From: Vulcanimicrobiota bacterium
GTDB taxonomy: Bacteria; Vulcanimicrobiota; Xenobia; Xenobiales; JADMJV01
Direction of reading: 5' to 3'
DNA: 64,000 nucleotides
Assembly (NCBI GenBank): GCA_050250895.1
Contig: JBFWNU010000005.1
Coordinates: 448,001 to 512,000 of the forward strand
This document shows positions 35,701 to 44,130 of this stretch, one piece after another (the stretch's first letter is position 1; each line of letters begins with the position of its first letter). The translations under genes and the position numbers were made by a program. Under the pieces are notes generated by a model. The model was given only the letters and a program-made list of their open reading frames with translations. It made no database searches and was not told where the DNA came from.

Positions 35701-38648
35701 CGGTTGTAAGCCGCGGCCAGACCGTTGCGCAGCTTGGTTTGCCCCTCTTCCTCGACCAGGATCAAGAAGTGATGGACGGCGTGTTCGATGTCGCCCAGGG
35801 CCCGCTCGGAGTGCCCCAGGTGTAGGTAGGCGAGGCCTCGGCTGCTGTGGGCCCAGGCCAGCTCTTCGCGAAAACCGGGGCGATGGTAGCGCTCGACCAG
35901 GGCCGCCAGGCTCTGGCGAAAACCATCGAGGATGGTCGTCTTGCGGTGGAATAACCCCCGATCTTCGAGTTCGGCGAAGACCGCGTTACGGACTCGCCGC
36001 AGCTCTTCGCGCTCGCACACCTGGCTGAGCAAGTCGGAATTCTGGGAGTCAAGCACCCAGGAATAGAGTCGGCGCAGGGTTAGGCTCAGTCGGTCCAGGC
36101 GCATGCGCGCTTCGCCCAGAGGGTCGGCGATAGAGCTGATCTCGGTCAGCGCAAAGCGGGCCAGGCGCTCGCATACGGAAGCATAGAGCGTGTAGTAGCT
36201 TTCTTGGAGATGATACTTGAACGAGCGGTGGGCCAGACTGAGGCCGGGGTCTTCGCGGTCAAAGCAGTGAAAGAGGCTGGGCAGGTTGTGCAACAACTCG
36301 AGCGCGTCGGCGCGCAGGATGCCGAAGGTGGATAGCTCGATGGTGGGCACCGGCTCGTCCGAGGTGGCCAGCAACAAGAAGAGATTCAAGAAGCGCCGGC
36401 CGAAGCGCTGCTCGAGCAGCTCGAGCGCCGCCTCATAAAACGACTCGCCTGCGGGCAGGTCAGCCGGGCTTTCGAGCAACCCGGCCGCCAGAAACTCGGC
36501 CATGTGGCGGGCGGTGGCCAGGCGCCCCTCGGACTTCTCGATGATCAGCTCGGCCATTTCGGGGGCACAACCCGTGAGGTGGCGGCGCACCACCTCGCGA
36601 TACGCCTCGCTCTGTTCGTCGAGTTCGATGAGCAGGTTGGAGCCCGCTCGCAGCAAGTCGACTTTGGCCGTGCCTCGCGCCGATAGCCCGTCGACTCGAT
36701 AGGTGGCCAGTACGAACACGCCCTCGGGTAGTTGCTCGGGCAAGAAATCGTGCAGGGTCGCCTGGCCCCCGGCCCCTTCGAACGCTTCGTCGAGGCCGTC
36801 GAGGCAGAGCACGAAAGAGGTTTCGTTGATCAGAATCAGCTCGCTGAGGTAGGCCGAGAAGCGAGCTGCCCGGGCCTCGGCTCCAAAACGATTGTTCAGA
36901 TGCTTGATGACGTGTTGGTCGAGCGCCTCGAAGGCTCGGCGGCCGAGACTCGGGCTGACCCGGATATGTTCGTTGAGTTGCTCGATAAAGGTCTGGCAGT
37001 CGGTCTGCAGGCGCGCTTTGATGGGGAAGTAGAGGATTGGCAGGCGGTCGCCCTGAGCCGTCTTCACGCTCTGGCCGAGGGCCTGGCAGAGCAACGATTT
37101 GCCGGTGCCCTGGTTGCCCTCGACCAGAATGTAGCCCCGGTCCTGGGCGTTGAGAAAGCGGCGCACGGTCGAGACCATGTCCTGGGGGACCAGTTCAGAA
37201 TCGATAGGCGGATAGGTCTTGCGGAGCAGGTCGTCAAAAGCCTCGACTTCGGCTCGAGTCCAGGGGGCCACGCCTTCCACGCGGGCCTGTTCCTCGAGCA
37301 GGCTCAAGTCTTCCTGGGCCCGCCGCACGCTGGGCAACTCGGGCGAGGGCGGTCGCGTCTCGGGGGGAGGGACCGGAGCCGGGACCAGCTCGACCTCGGC
37401 CGCTTGTTCTGGCTCGGATTTGGGCTCTTCCTCAAGTTCAGCCTCGGGGTCGGAGGCCAGATCCAGCTCGAAGTCGGCTTGTTCTTTATGGCGATAGGCG
37501 GCCAGGAACTCGGGCGGGGGTGGACCTGCGGTCACCGGTTTGGTGCCGATGGTGTCGAAGAAGTCGTTGACCACCTGGGCGGCGGCCGCCTTCTTGAGCC
37601 AGCTGTCCAGACGATTGCGAAAAGCATCGAGGATGCCGGCGGCTTCCAGAAAGGATTCAAAGAGCGGGCGGCCGGCCGGGCCGAGCTTGTCGAGCTTTTC
37701 GAACAGGCTGGCGGCGTCGAAATTGGCATCGCCCGAGAACACGCCAGACCACCTGGCGGCCAGACCTGAATAATCGAGGAATTCGCCGAAGGAGGTGGTC
37801 GAGGGCCTGACCGTGTCGCTGTTGGGCAACTCGAGAGTCAGCTCTTCGACCGGAGCGCTGGGGGGGTCGACCTTCATCTGGCGGGTGGGCAGGTCGAGGG
37901 CCCATTCGGCCCGGGGGCGGGCCGCAGGCGCAGGAGCGGGCTCGCCCAGGTCCAGGCTGAGAGGGGTGCGCTCGAGGGCCGGGCCAAAACGCTGGGGCAG
38001 GGGAGGCAGAAGGGTGATGACTTCTCCGGCCGAGGCCAGGGTTAGTTCCACGGTGTGGGGTTCTTCTCCGCGTTCGTAGTTGTGCTTCCACGTTTCGAAG
38101 AAGGTGGCGGCACCCTCAAGCCAACTGCGCAGAATCTCGAGGTAGCCGCGCAAATCCCCTCGCATCTCTTCGCGATCCTGAGTTGCTTCTAGCCGTTCGA
38201 CTTCGCGCGCCCAATGGGACAACTCTTGCAAATTACCCTCGGATTGACCAGCCAGGCGCAGCCAGCGGGCGTGGGCAAAAGGAAGAGTGGTCTTGCCGTT
38301 GAGGAAGAAGACACGTCGGACCGTTTGTTGGGCCCGCGATTGCTGGTGGACTTCCAGGGCCGACATCGAGAACCGCAACAGCCGCTCGTACTGCAGGATC
38401 GAGTCGACATTAGATGCCAGCGCGGTAATCTCGGGGCGATTCGGCTCGAGACGCTTGAGCAGGCCGGTAGCGGTCCCGGTGAAGTAGCGCAACAGCAGAT
38501 CGAGCGCGTCGAGCAATGACCGGGCTGCCACGAAGGGCCGGTCTTCGGAGAGGGCGCGCTCGAGCTTGGTGAGGAGAGGAGCCAGGCCTTCTGGTGTCTG
38601 GCTGGGTAGTTCGGGGACCCTTAGTTCGCTGAGATTCTCGGTGTTCAT
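32760..38648 (-). CDS. very large STAND/NACHT-like P-loop ATPase with TPR array
   Basis: Walker A GNQGTGKS, Walker B LCLDGLDE, WH-like HRSFK motif and many TPRs (LAxAxxNRG). Start set at ATG 38648 (MNTENLSEL). Confidence 0.8.
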   Translation of the reverse strand: MNTENLSELRVPELPSQTPEGLAPLLTKLERALSEDRPFVAARSLLDALDLLLRYFTGTATGLLKRLEPNRPEITALASNVDSILQYERLLRFSMSALEVHQQSRAQQTVRRVFFLNGKTTLPFAHARWLRLAGQSEGNLQELSHWAREVERLEATQDREEMRGDLRGYLEILRSWLEGAATFFETWKHNYERGEEPHTVELTLASAGEVITLLPPLPQRFGPALERTPLSLDLGEPAPAPAARPRAEWALDLPTRQMKVDPPSAPVEELTLELPNSDTVRPSTTSFGEFLDYSGLAARWSGVFSGDANFDAASLFEKLDKLGPAGRPLFESFLEAAGILDAFRNRLDSWLKKAAAAQVVNDFFDTIGTKPVTAGPPPPEFLAAYRHKEQADFELDLASDPEAELEEEPKSEPEQAAEVELVPAPVPPPETRPPSPELPSVRRAQEDLSLLEEQARVEGVAPWTRAEVEAFDDLLRKTYPPIDSELVPQDMVSTVRRFLNAQDRGYILVEGNQGTGKSLLCQALGQSVKTAQGDRLPILYFPIKARLQTDCQTFIEQLNEHIRVSPSLGRRAFEALDQHVIKHLNNRFGAEARAARFSAYLSELILINETSFVLCLDGLDEAFEGAGGQATLHDFLPEQLPEGVFVLATYRVDGLSARGTAKVDLLRAGSNLLIELDEQSEAYREVVRRHLTGCAPEMAELIIEKSEGRLATARHMAEFLAAGLLESPADLPAGESFYEAALELLEQRFGRRFLNLFLLLATSDEPVPTIELSTFGILRADALELLHNLPSLFHCFDREDPGLSLAHRSFKYHLQESYYTLYASVCERLARFALTEISSIADPLGEARMRLDRLSLTLRRLYSWVLDSQNSDLLSQVCEREELRRVRNAVFAELEDRGLFHRKTTILDGFRQSLAALVERYHRPGFREELAWAHSSRGLAYLHLGHSERALGDIEHAVHHFLILVEEEGQTKLRNGLAAAYNRRSEACRELGQVGPALTDAEQAVHHYTIVVEEQNREELKALLALAIHNRGLVHRARRELPDALEDFDRAVDYYARLVEIDRARRLRRELAQAHHSRSCLMLEMGDAELAVREATLGLDLFEQLVNEEDYESLRNDLAAVYNDRGAALHRLSNFEEAEKDYASAVAIRTYLVSEGRLDVRTDLATTYTNRGLVLYQEERFEEALENFDRAVEILNRLVDVELQEDLYPTRAFAFVCRGTLQRSQGRLARAADDYQSATGDYRLAVVSGDDGCLPELAMALSSLGACCLEMGDEPGAIRACSRALEIYEDEIGEERQDDFLHERAVAHNNLGQAHLEREVPQQAAEEFQVAVALYTRLVEEEGRIELASDLAACHLSQAELSFKLEEKETGIRAASRAIALYSGLEEEGSPLTTTGLAQALELRSQGYEQLGSTEAALDDLSRAADLFLKVVDYRDLAETARLADVLDRRGRLVAAVGSPAQSLDDFTRALEMYKRLSEDSNDPIWHERLSTALLHRAGALIETDAVDLAVRDLVEAFASGRLKGDQAKMATVSRLCKNLKLRALRELRKQDYQAAITLYGRLVELFSALAVQGNLEYQAELAQSYHYRGFARTRLEQVEAALDDFDKALELFRPLVLEKGLTEHTEMLARTFSSRGATLETLGFEEKALEEYGEAYDLFEVNDHTRGSLLSAQVLANRARLRARTGDTEGALEDFEQAGQLYQKQNKLLEAVECEQALASLLLELERVDEAQMVFGKAARVFAELDPTDSRLRTDWLRSLVHQAPDEIDLPRALALTQSLIATGGLPAEMEMLPRKLLERVVEAADHDHPGLDEILPATISVGLAIVDDAARKWVDYPDQFLKLGSKLSDTPHAHYRASCMVLAALFCQQEVERFGYASLPRLVRSLLLAGKTLRTSTPPEFLPRLGPSFSYLARTLGDFSPPQKLEVEINNTARLWQSLPASLVARAQVSRSILNQVRRW

Positions 38649-38842
38649 CGGCTGGAGGGCAAACCATTCTCGCCACGGGGGGTTTAGCCCTCCGTTGGCG
38701 GGGGGGCATCGAGAATTCTTGACCGGGGTCCCGTCCCAAAAGCAGGGGCTGCCTGCCAGTTTCCGGAATAGCCTTGTCAAACACCGAAATTGAAGACCGC
38801 CACAAACCGCACCAGCGGGACGGCGGCGCAGGGGTAATCAAG

Positions 38843-39427
38843 ATGCGAGATTCGGCAAGAAAACCTCTCGGCTGGTCGGCCCGCCGTAGACCCTTCGGGG
38901 ACTCTTTTGCCAGCTGTCTGCTGACGTGTATTGTTCTCATCGGCGGAGTCGTCTGGGCCTATTTTCACTTTTTCCAGAACCGCGAACTGGACAATCCGCT
39001 CGAGGGGCATAACATTGGCGGAACCATGACCTCCGAAGTGGTCAACACTTATCGCACCAAGATGATTCGCGACATCTTCAGCCGGTCCGAGGGCGCTTCC
39101 AAGCGCATCTCGGCTCTCTATAAAGACGTGAAAGACAATAAGATCTCACCTGACGACTTCAAGCAGGAGTCCACCGAGATCGAGCGCGAGTTGCGCGACA
39201 CGATGACCGAGCTCAAGGCCCGCTCCGTGCCCAAGCAATTCGAGAAGCCCCACCTGCAGTTGGCCGAGGGCATCGGCGAGTGGTGGAAGTGTCTCAACGC
39301 CCTGCGCGAGGCCAACATCGCTACCGAGGCCAACATCCGCGACGCCAAGATGGAAGAAGCCAAGAACACCTACGCCAAAGGGCGCAAGCTGTTCGACAAG
39401 GCTCGACCGGTCTACGGCAAGGTCTGA
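38843..39427 (+). CDS. membrane-anchored helical-bundle hypothetical protein
   Basis: One N-terminal TM then amphipathic helices; AGGGG before ATG 38843. Confidence 0.7.
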   Translation: MRDSARKPLGWSARRRPFGDSFASCLLTCIVLIGGVVWAYFHFFQNRELDNPLEGHNIGGTMTSEVVNTYRTKMIRDIFSRSEGASKRISALYKDVKDNKISPDDFKQESTEIERELRDTMTELKARSVPKQFEKPHLQLAEGIGEWWKCLNALREANIATEANIRDAKMEEAKNTYAKGRKLFDKARPVYGKV

Positions 39428-40587
39428 CCGCTGATGGTCGAGACCACCTTCTCGGCCGCGCCGGCGTAAGGACCGTAGAGGTCCAGCAACCTGGCTCTCA
39501 CCTCGTCGAGGTGAGAGTTTTGTTTTATCAGGTCTTCGATCAACTCGGCCACGGTCTCGACCCGGATGACCTCGACCAGTTCTGGGATCAACGCCTCGCT
39601 AGCCAGTTGATTGGGCTGCGAAAACAGACCGATGGTATCGCGCATATTCAGCAAAATGCGCGATTTCACGGCCCGGGCTCCGGGCACCCAGTCCAACAGG
39701 CCCAACAGGCCAATGTAAGGTAGGTCTTGGGGACGGTTAAGCGGCAGCAGGCACAGGCTAGGGACCCCGAGGCTACCGGCTTCCGCCGTCTTGGTACCGG
39801 GAATGGCCACGGCCAGCCGGGCCCGGGCCAGATGTTCCAGGGAGTCCTGGCGTCGTACCGGCGCCCGCAGCTGCTCGGTCACCAGGTAGCCCCCCTCGAG
39901 CCGAGCGGCCACCCCGCCCAGAGCCGGGTCGACCGGGAATTGGGAGCCCTCGGGCCGGTCGAGATAAGGCGACAGGTGGAATTGAAACTCGAGCTGTGGG
40001 TGGCTCGCTTTCAGGCGGGCGGCCACCCCCAGAAAGAACGGAATGAGGCTGGTGGCCTCTTGCTCACGGCTGCCGGGCAGAAAGCTGATGAGGTTGTGGT
40101 CGGGCCGTTGGGGCGAGACGGTCTGGTAGACCCCGTCCACCACCAGGTCGCCGACCACGCGGATTTTCTCCGGCGCGACTTTGCGCTTGAGTAGCCAGTC
40201 GACACCCCACTGGTTCTTGGTAAAGTAGCCCACGAAAGCCGAATCCCACCACGGTCGAGCCCACAGGTAAGACCAGCAGCGGAGGCCCCAGCGCCAGCTC
40301 AACACGGCCGTGTACATCAGGTCGCCCCCCAGGTGGAGCAAAGAGCAACCGGCGAAACGGCGCCCCTCGTAGGCCAGCAAAGCCGGAATCCGCGAGGCCG
40401 GGATGACCTCGGAGACTCCTTCGAGCTGGCCCGCCACCCTGGCCTCGTTGCCCGAGGCAAAGGTGCAGGGCAGTAACAGGACCACCACCCTGGCCTCAGG
40501 AAAGGCTTGTCGATAGCGCCGCAATACCGGTTGCATCCAGCCCGAGATCTCGCCGGGACTGTTGGCCGTGATCAACAGCGGCTTCAT
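39412..40587 (-). CDS. lipid-A-disaccharide synthase (LpxB)-related glycosyltransferase
   Basis: NSPGEISGW, VVGDL, FLPGSR and PGTKTAE motifs; last gene of the heptose operon. Confidence 0.7.
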   Translation of the reverse strand: MKPLLITANSPGEISGWMQPVLRRYRQAFPEARVVVLLLPCTFASGNEARVAGQLEGVSEVIPASRIPALLAYEGRRFAGCSLLHLGGDLMYTAVLSWRWGLRCWSYLWARPWWDSAFVGYFTKNQWGVDWLLKRKVAPEKIRVVGDLVVDGVYQTVSPQRPDHNLISFLPGSREQEATSLIPFFLGVAARLKASHPQLEFQFHLSPYLDRPEGSQFPVDPALGGVAARLEGGYLVTEQLRAPVRRQDSLEHLARARLAVAIPGTKTAEAGSLGVPSLCLLPLNRPQDLPYIGLLGLLDWVPGARAVKSRILLNMRDTIGLFSQPNQLASEALIPELVEVIRVETVAELIEDLIKQNSHLDEVRARLLDLYGPYAGAAEKVVSTISGQTLP

Positions 40588-41069
40588 GGGTCCAGGCCGC
40601 GCAACATGCTTTCGAGTCGACTGGTAGAGTGCCCGGGCACCAGCGGAGTGATCAAGATCCGGCCGCCGTGGGACTCGACCACCTCGCGCTCGGGCAAATC
40701 CTCGACCTTGTAGTCGCCGCCTTTGATGTGGACATCGGGTCGAACCTCGTCGAGGATCTCCACCGGAGTGTCCTCTTCGAAGACCACCACCAGGTCGACA
40801 CAGGCGAACCCGGCCAGCAACTCGGCCCGGTCGCGAGCAGCGACCAGAGGACGGCGCGCACCCTTGAGCCGGCGCACGCTCTCATCCGAATTGACCCCGA
40901 CCACCAGAAAATCGGCCTGCTGCCGGGCCGTCTGCAGGGTGTGCAGATGGCCCACGTGGATCAGGTCAAAACAGCCGTTGGTAAAGGCGATTCGCAAGCC
41001 CTGCGAGCGCACCTGGGCGAGCCGGTCGGGCAGTTCCGAGCGCTCGACCAGTTTGTGGCGGGTTACCAT
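40584..41069 (-). CDS. hldC: D-glycero-beta-D-manno-heptose 1-phosphate adenylyltransferase
   Basis: FTNGCFDLIHVGH, VGVNSDESVRRLKG, KGGDY and HSTS; start ATG 41069. Confidence 0.92.
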   Translation of the reverse strand: MVTRHKLVERSELPDRLAQVRSQGLRIAFTNGCFDLIHVGHLHTLQTARQQADFLVVGVNSDESVRRLKGARRPLVAARDRAELLAGFACVDLVVVFEEDTPVEILDEVRPDVHIKGGDYKVEDLPEREVVESHGGRILITPLVPGHSTSRLESMLRGLDP

Positions 41070-42040
41070 GTTTTCGAGATCGAGCGCAAGATTTCTTCGG
41101 GGGTGGCCGTGGCCGTGCCCACTTTGCGCACCACCACCGCGGCCGCGTGGCTGGCGATGGCCACCGCTTCTTCGGGCTCGGCCGCCACGGCCGCACACAG
41201 GCCGACCAGCGTCAGCACGGTGTCACCCGCCCCACTGACATCAAAGACTTGCGAGGCCAGGGCCGGAAAGGTGAAGGACGGCTGTTGCTGGCGAAACAGG
41301 GTCATGCCGTGTTCCCCGCGGGTGACCAGTACGGCCTGGGCCCCAGAGCGCTCCAGCAACAGCCGGCCGGCTTGTTCCACCAGTTCGTCGCTCGAGGTTT
41401 CGACACCACTGGCCGCGGAGGCCTCGAGGGCATTGAGGGTGATGGTCCCAAGTCCCCGAAAAACCTCGAAGTTGGAGGGCTTCGGTCCGGCGATGGTAGG
41501 CCGCTGGGCGGCTGTGGTCAGGAGCTTCTGGCTGCCCGGGCTGCGGAACAGCCCTTTGTCGTAATCAGAAAAGAAGACTCCGTCAAAGCTCGTGATCCGC
41601 TCGCTGAGCCACTGATGGGATTGCTCGAGCAGGGCCTCGGGCAGAGGGGTTCGGCGCTCGAAGTCGGCCCGCACGACCTGTTGCGAGTGGGCGATGATGC
41701 GGGTCTTGAGAGTGGTGGGCCGGTCGGGGTCGACCAGCACGCCGTCAACGGCCACCCCCTGTTCATCGAGGATGGTGCGCAACCGTTGGCCTGATTCGTC
41801 TTCGCCCACGGCTCCGACCAGGGACACCCGGGCTCCCAGGGCGCGCAGGTTGCTCACCACATTGGCCGCTCCCCCGGGGGTATAGGTGTAGCGGTCCACG
41901 TCCACCACCGGCACGGGAGCCTCGGGGCTGATGCGGGTGACCGAACCCCAGACCCAGTGGTCCAACATCAAGTCTCCCACCACCAGCACGTGAAGGTTAG
42001 AAAATCTAGCCACAATCTCTTCGGCCCGGCGCGGTTCCAT
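41063..42040 (-). CDS. hldA: D-glycero-beta-D-manno-heptose 7-phosphate kinase
   Basis: VGDLMLD, RISPEAPVPV, GGAANV, SDYDKG and DVSGAGDT; start ATG 42040. Confidence 0.92.
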   Translation of the reverse strand: MEPRRAEEIVARFSNLHVLVVGDLMLDHWVWGSVTRISPEAPVPVVDVDRYTYTPGGAANVVSNLRALGARVSLVGAVGEDESGQRLRTILDEQGVAVDGVLVDPDRPTTLKTRIIAHSQQVVRADFERRTPLPEALLEQSHQWLSERITSFDGVFFSDYDKGLFRSPGSQKLLTTAAQRPTIAGPKPSNFEVFRGLGTITLNALEASAASGVETSSDELVEQAGRLLLERSGAQAVLVTRGEHGMTLFRQQQPSFTFPALASQVFDVSGAGDTVLTLVGLCAAVAAEPEEAVAIASHAAAVVVRKVGTATATPEEILRSISKTW

Positions 42041-42996
42041 CAGGACTCTCCCAACCGCTCGATGACGCCGGCCGCCAGCAAAGGAATCATCAATTCGTGG
42101 TGGCCGGTGAGCGAGTGGCCTTCCCCTCCCAGTTCGCGGGCCCGCGAGACGGGATTGTTGTTGGAGCGATAGTGTTGAATAAAGTCCAGGTTGACTCCCA
42201 TGAAGCCCTCCACCTGGTGACCATGGTTTCGAGCCACCGAGAAAGCTTTCTCGATCGTGACCGGCAGCTGCACTGCCGAGCCGATGTTGAGAGCCAGCGA
42301 GCCGGGCGAGAGCCCGGCCACCACCGCGCACAGCATGCGGAAGTCGTTGAAGGTAGCCAGGCCCATGTCGCTGCCGTCGGCCTGGGGGTGGGTGTGATGG
42401 ATGTCGGCCCCGACCGCAATGTGAACGGTGACGGGGATGCCTAACCGGCGAGCCTGCCACAGTAAAGAGATTGTCTTGAGCGGAAGGTCGGCTTCTTCGA
42501 TCAGATCACCGAGCGCCTGGCCCAACCCGATGTTGGCCTGGGCGGCCCGCCGGGCTCCCCGGTGAAGAAACTCCCCTGTCTCTTCCACCATCCCGAATCG
42601 TCCGGTTTTGATGCCAGCGGCGACGTCTTCGCTGGTTTCGCCACCCATGGCCAGCTCCACATCGTGGACGCTGCCGGCGCCGTTGAAGGCCAGGGCCGAG
42701 ATGGCTCGGCGCTTCATCAGGTCGATCAATACCGGCGACAGACCGACCTTGATGACATGGGCGCCCATGGTGATCAACACCGTCTTCTGCTGCTGCACCG
42801 CCCGGGCCCACCAGTCGATGATACGGCCCAGCTGGTGGCCGGCTAGAATCTGGGGCAACCCCTGCAAGAACGAAGCAAAGCTCGAGCCCGCCTGGTACGG
42901 CTTGGCGAAGTCGTCGCGCGAGACTTTGTTGGGGCGTTCCTTGAGTGAGTAGGTGCTGGTCTGGGCGAAATCGAGAGGCTTAAACCGATACTCCAT
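42040..42996 (-). CDS. conserved hypothetical protein, deoxyhypusine-synthase-like fold, in the heptose operon
   Basis: MGAHVIKVGLSP, HDVELA, TSEDV, GRFGM, GADIHH, GSAV and GHHELM motifs; stop overlaps the hldA start. Confidence 0.7.
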   Translation of the reverse strand: MEYRFKPLDFAQTSTYSLKERPNKVSRDDFAKPYQAGSSFASFLQGLPQILAGHQLGRIIDWWARAVQQQKTVLITMGAHVIKVGLSPVLIDLMKRRAISALAFNGAGSVHDVELAMGGETSEDVAAGIKTGRFGMVEETGEFLHRGARRAAQANIGLGQALGDLIEEADLPLKTISLLWQARRLGIPVTVHIAVGADIHHTHPQADGSDMGLATFNDFRMLCAVVAGLSPGSLALNIGSAVQLPVTIEKAFSVARNHGHQVEGFMGVNLDFIQHYRSNNNPVSRARELGGEGHSLTGHHELMIPLLAAGVIERLGES

Positions 42997-44071
42997 GGCT
43001 TGCCATGCCTTCCAGGATCTCTTGCAACTGGCGGGCCGTGTCAGACCAGCGAAACTGGGCAGCCCGGGCCGGACCCTGGTCGCCGTTGGGGTTCGCGAGG
43101 GCTTCCATCACGGCCCGAGCGATGTCGACCGGGTCGGATGGGTCGAACCAGTAAGGAATGTCCCCCCCGACTTCGGGCAGCGAGGCGGCCCGGGCGGCGG
43201 CTACCGTGGCCCCACAGCCGAGAGCCTCTAACACCGGCAGGCCGAAACCCTCATAAAAGCTCGGCATCACGAACACCGCGCAGCGGCGATAGAGTTCGGC
43301 CAGGGTCTGGTCCTCGATGCCTTCGAGCCAGACGAGGCGGTCATTGAGGCGGTTGATGTGCTCGAGTAGCGAAGAACTCTTGCCGCGCAGCCGATCGACT
43401 AGCGTGGGTCCGGCCGGGCGATTGCACACCAGCACCAGGTTGCACTCGACCTGGCTCTCGAGCAGAACGAAGGCTTCGAGCAGGCCTTCCAGGTTCTTGC
43501 GCGGTTCGGGATTGCCCACGAACAGGATGTAAGGCTTGTCCCCCACATGTTCGACGAAAAAGGCGTCCTGGAAGCCGTCGCGATGGGGGTGAAAGACCGG
43601 GTCGACCCCCAGTTGGATGACGTCGATGCTGGCCAGATCGTAGCCCAGGTGCCGGTGCAGTTCGACCCTGGAAAAGTTCGAGGTGGTGACGATTCGATCG
43701 GCCGCCTCGGCGGCCTGGCGAAGACGCTCCTGATCCGATTCGAGATGCCTGTTCTGGGGGTGGTAGTCGGTAAATGGGGCCACATCATAGATAGTGACCG
43801 CGGCCGGGCAATCCACCTCCCAGTCGACGCGGTTCCAGGCGAACCAACAGACATCCAGAGGCGGGCTTTGCGAGGCCAGATGGCACTCCCAGCCGGCGGC
43901 CGCGTAGTCTTCGAGTTCGCTCAGGTGGCGCTTGTCGCGCGTGAGCAAGACGATCTTATGGTCGCACTGGACCTTCCACTGTTTGAGAATGCTGCGAATG
44001 CAGCGTCCCATTCCGCGTTTGTCCCGCACGAGAAAGGTCGCGTCGACTCCTATGGTGAGCGGTTCGCTCAT
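42980..44071 (-). CDS. GT4 glycosyltransferase
   Basis: EPRKNL, PSFYEGFGLPVLEA and SLPEV motifs. Confidence 0.92.
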   Translation of the reverse strand: MSEPLTIGVDATFLVRDKRGMGRCIRSILKQWKVQCDHKIVLLTRDKRHLSELEDYAAAGWECHLASQSPPLDVCWFAWNRVDWEVDCPAAVTIYDVAPFTDYHPQNRHLESDQERLRQAAEAADRIVTTSNFSRVELHRHLGYDLASIDVIQLGVDPVFHPHRDGFQDAFFVEHVGDKPYILFVGNPEPRKNLEGLLEAFVLLESQVECNLVLVCNRPAGPTLVDRLRGKSSSLLEHINRLNDRLVWLEGIEDQTLAELYRRCAVFVMPSFYEGFGLPVLEALGCGATVAAARAASLPEVGGDIPYWFDPSDPVDIARAVMEALANPNGDQGPARAAQFRWSDTARQLQEILEGMASHGVSV

Positions 44072-44130
44072 GGGAGCCTGCGTTTCCCTAGATGGTGGGA
44101 GATTCCTCTATGCGTCGATGGGGACGGCCC

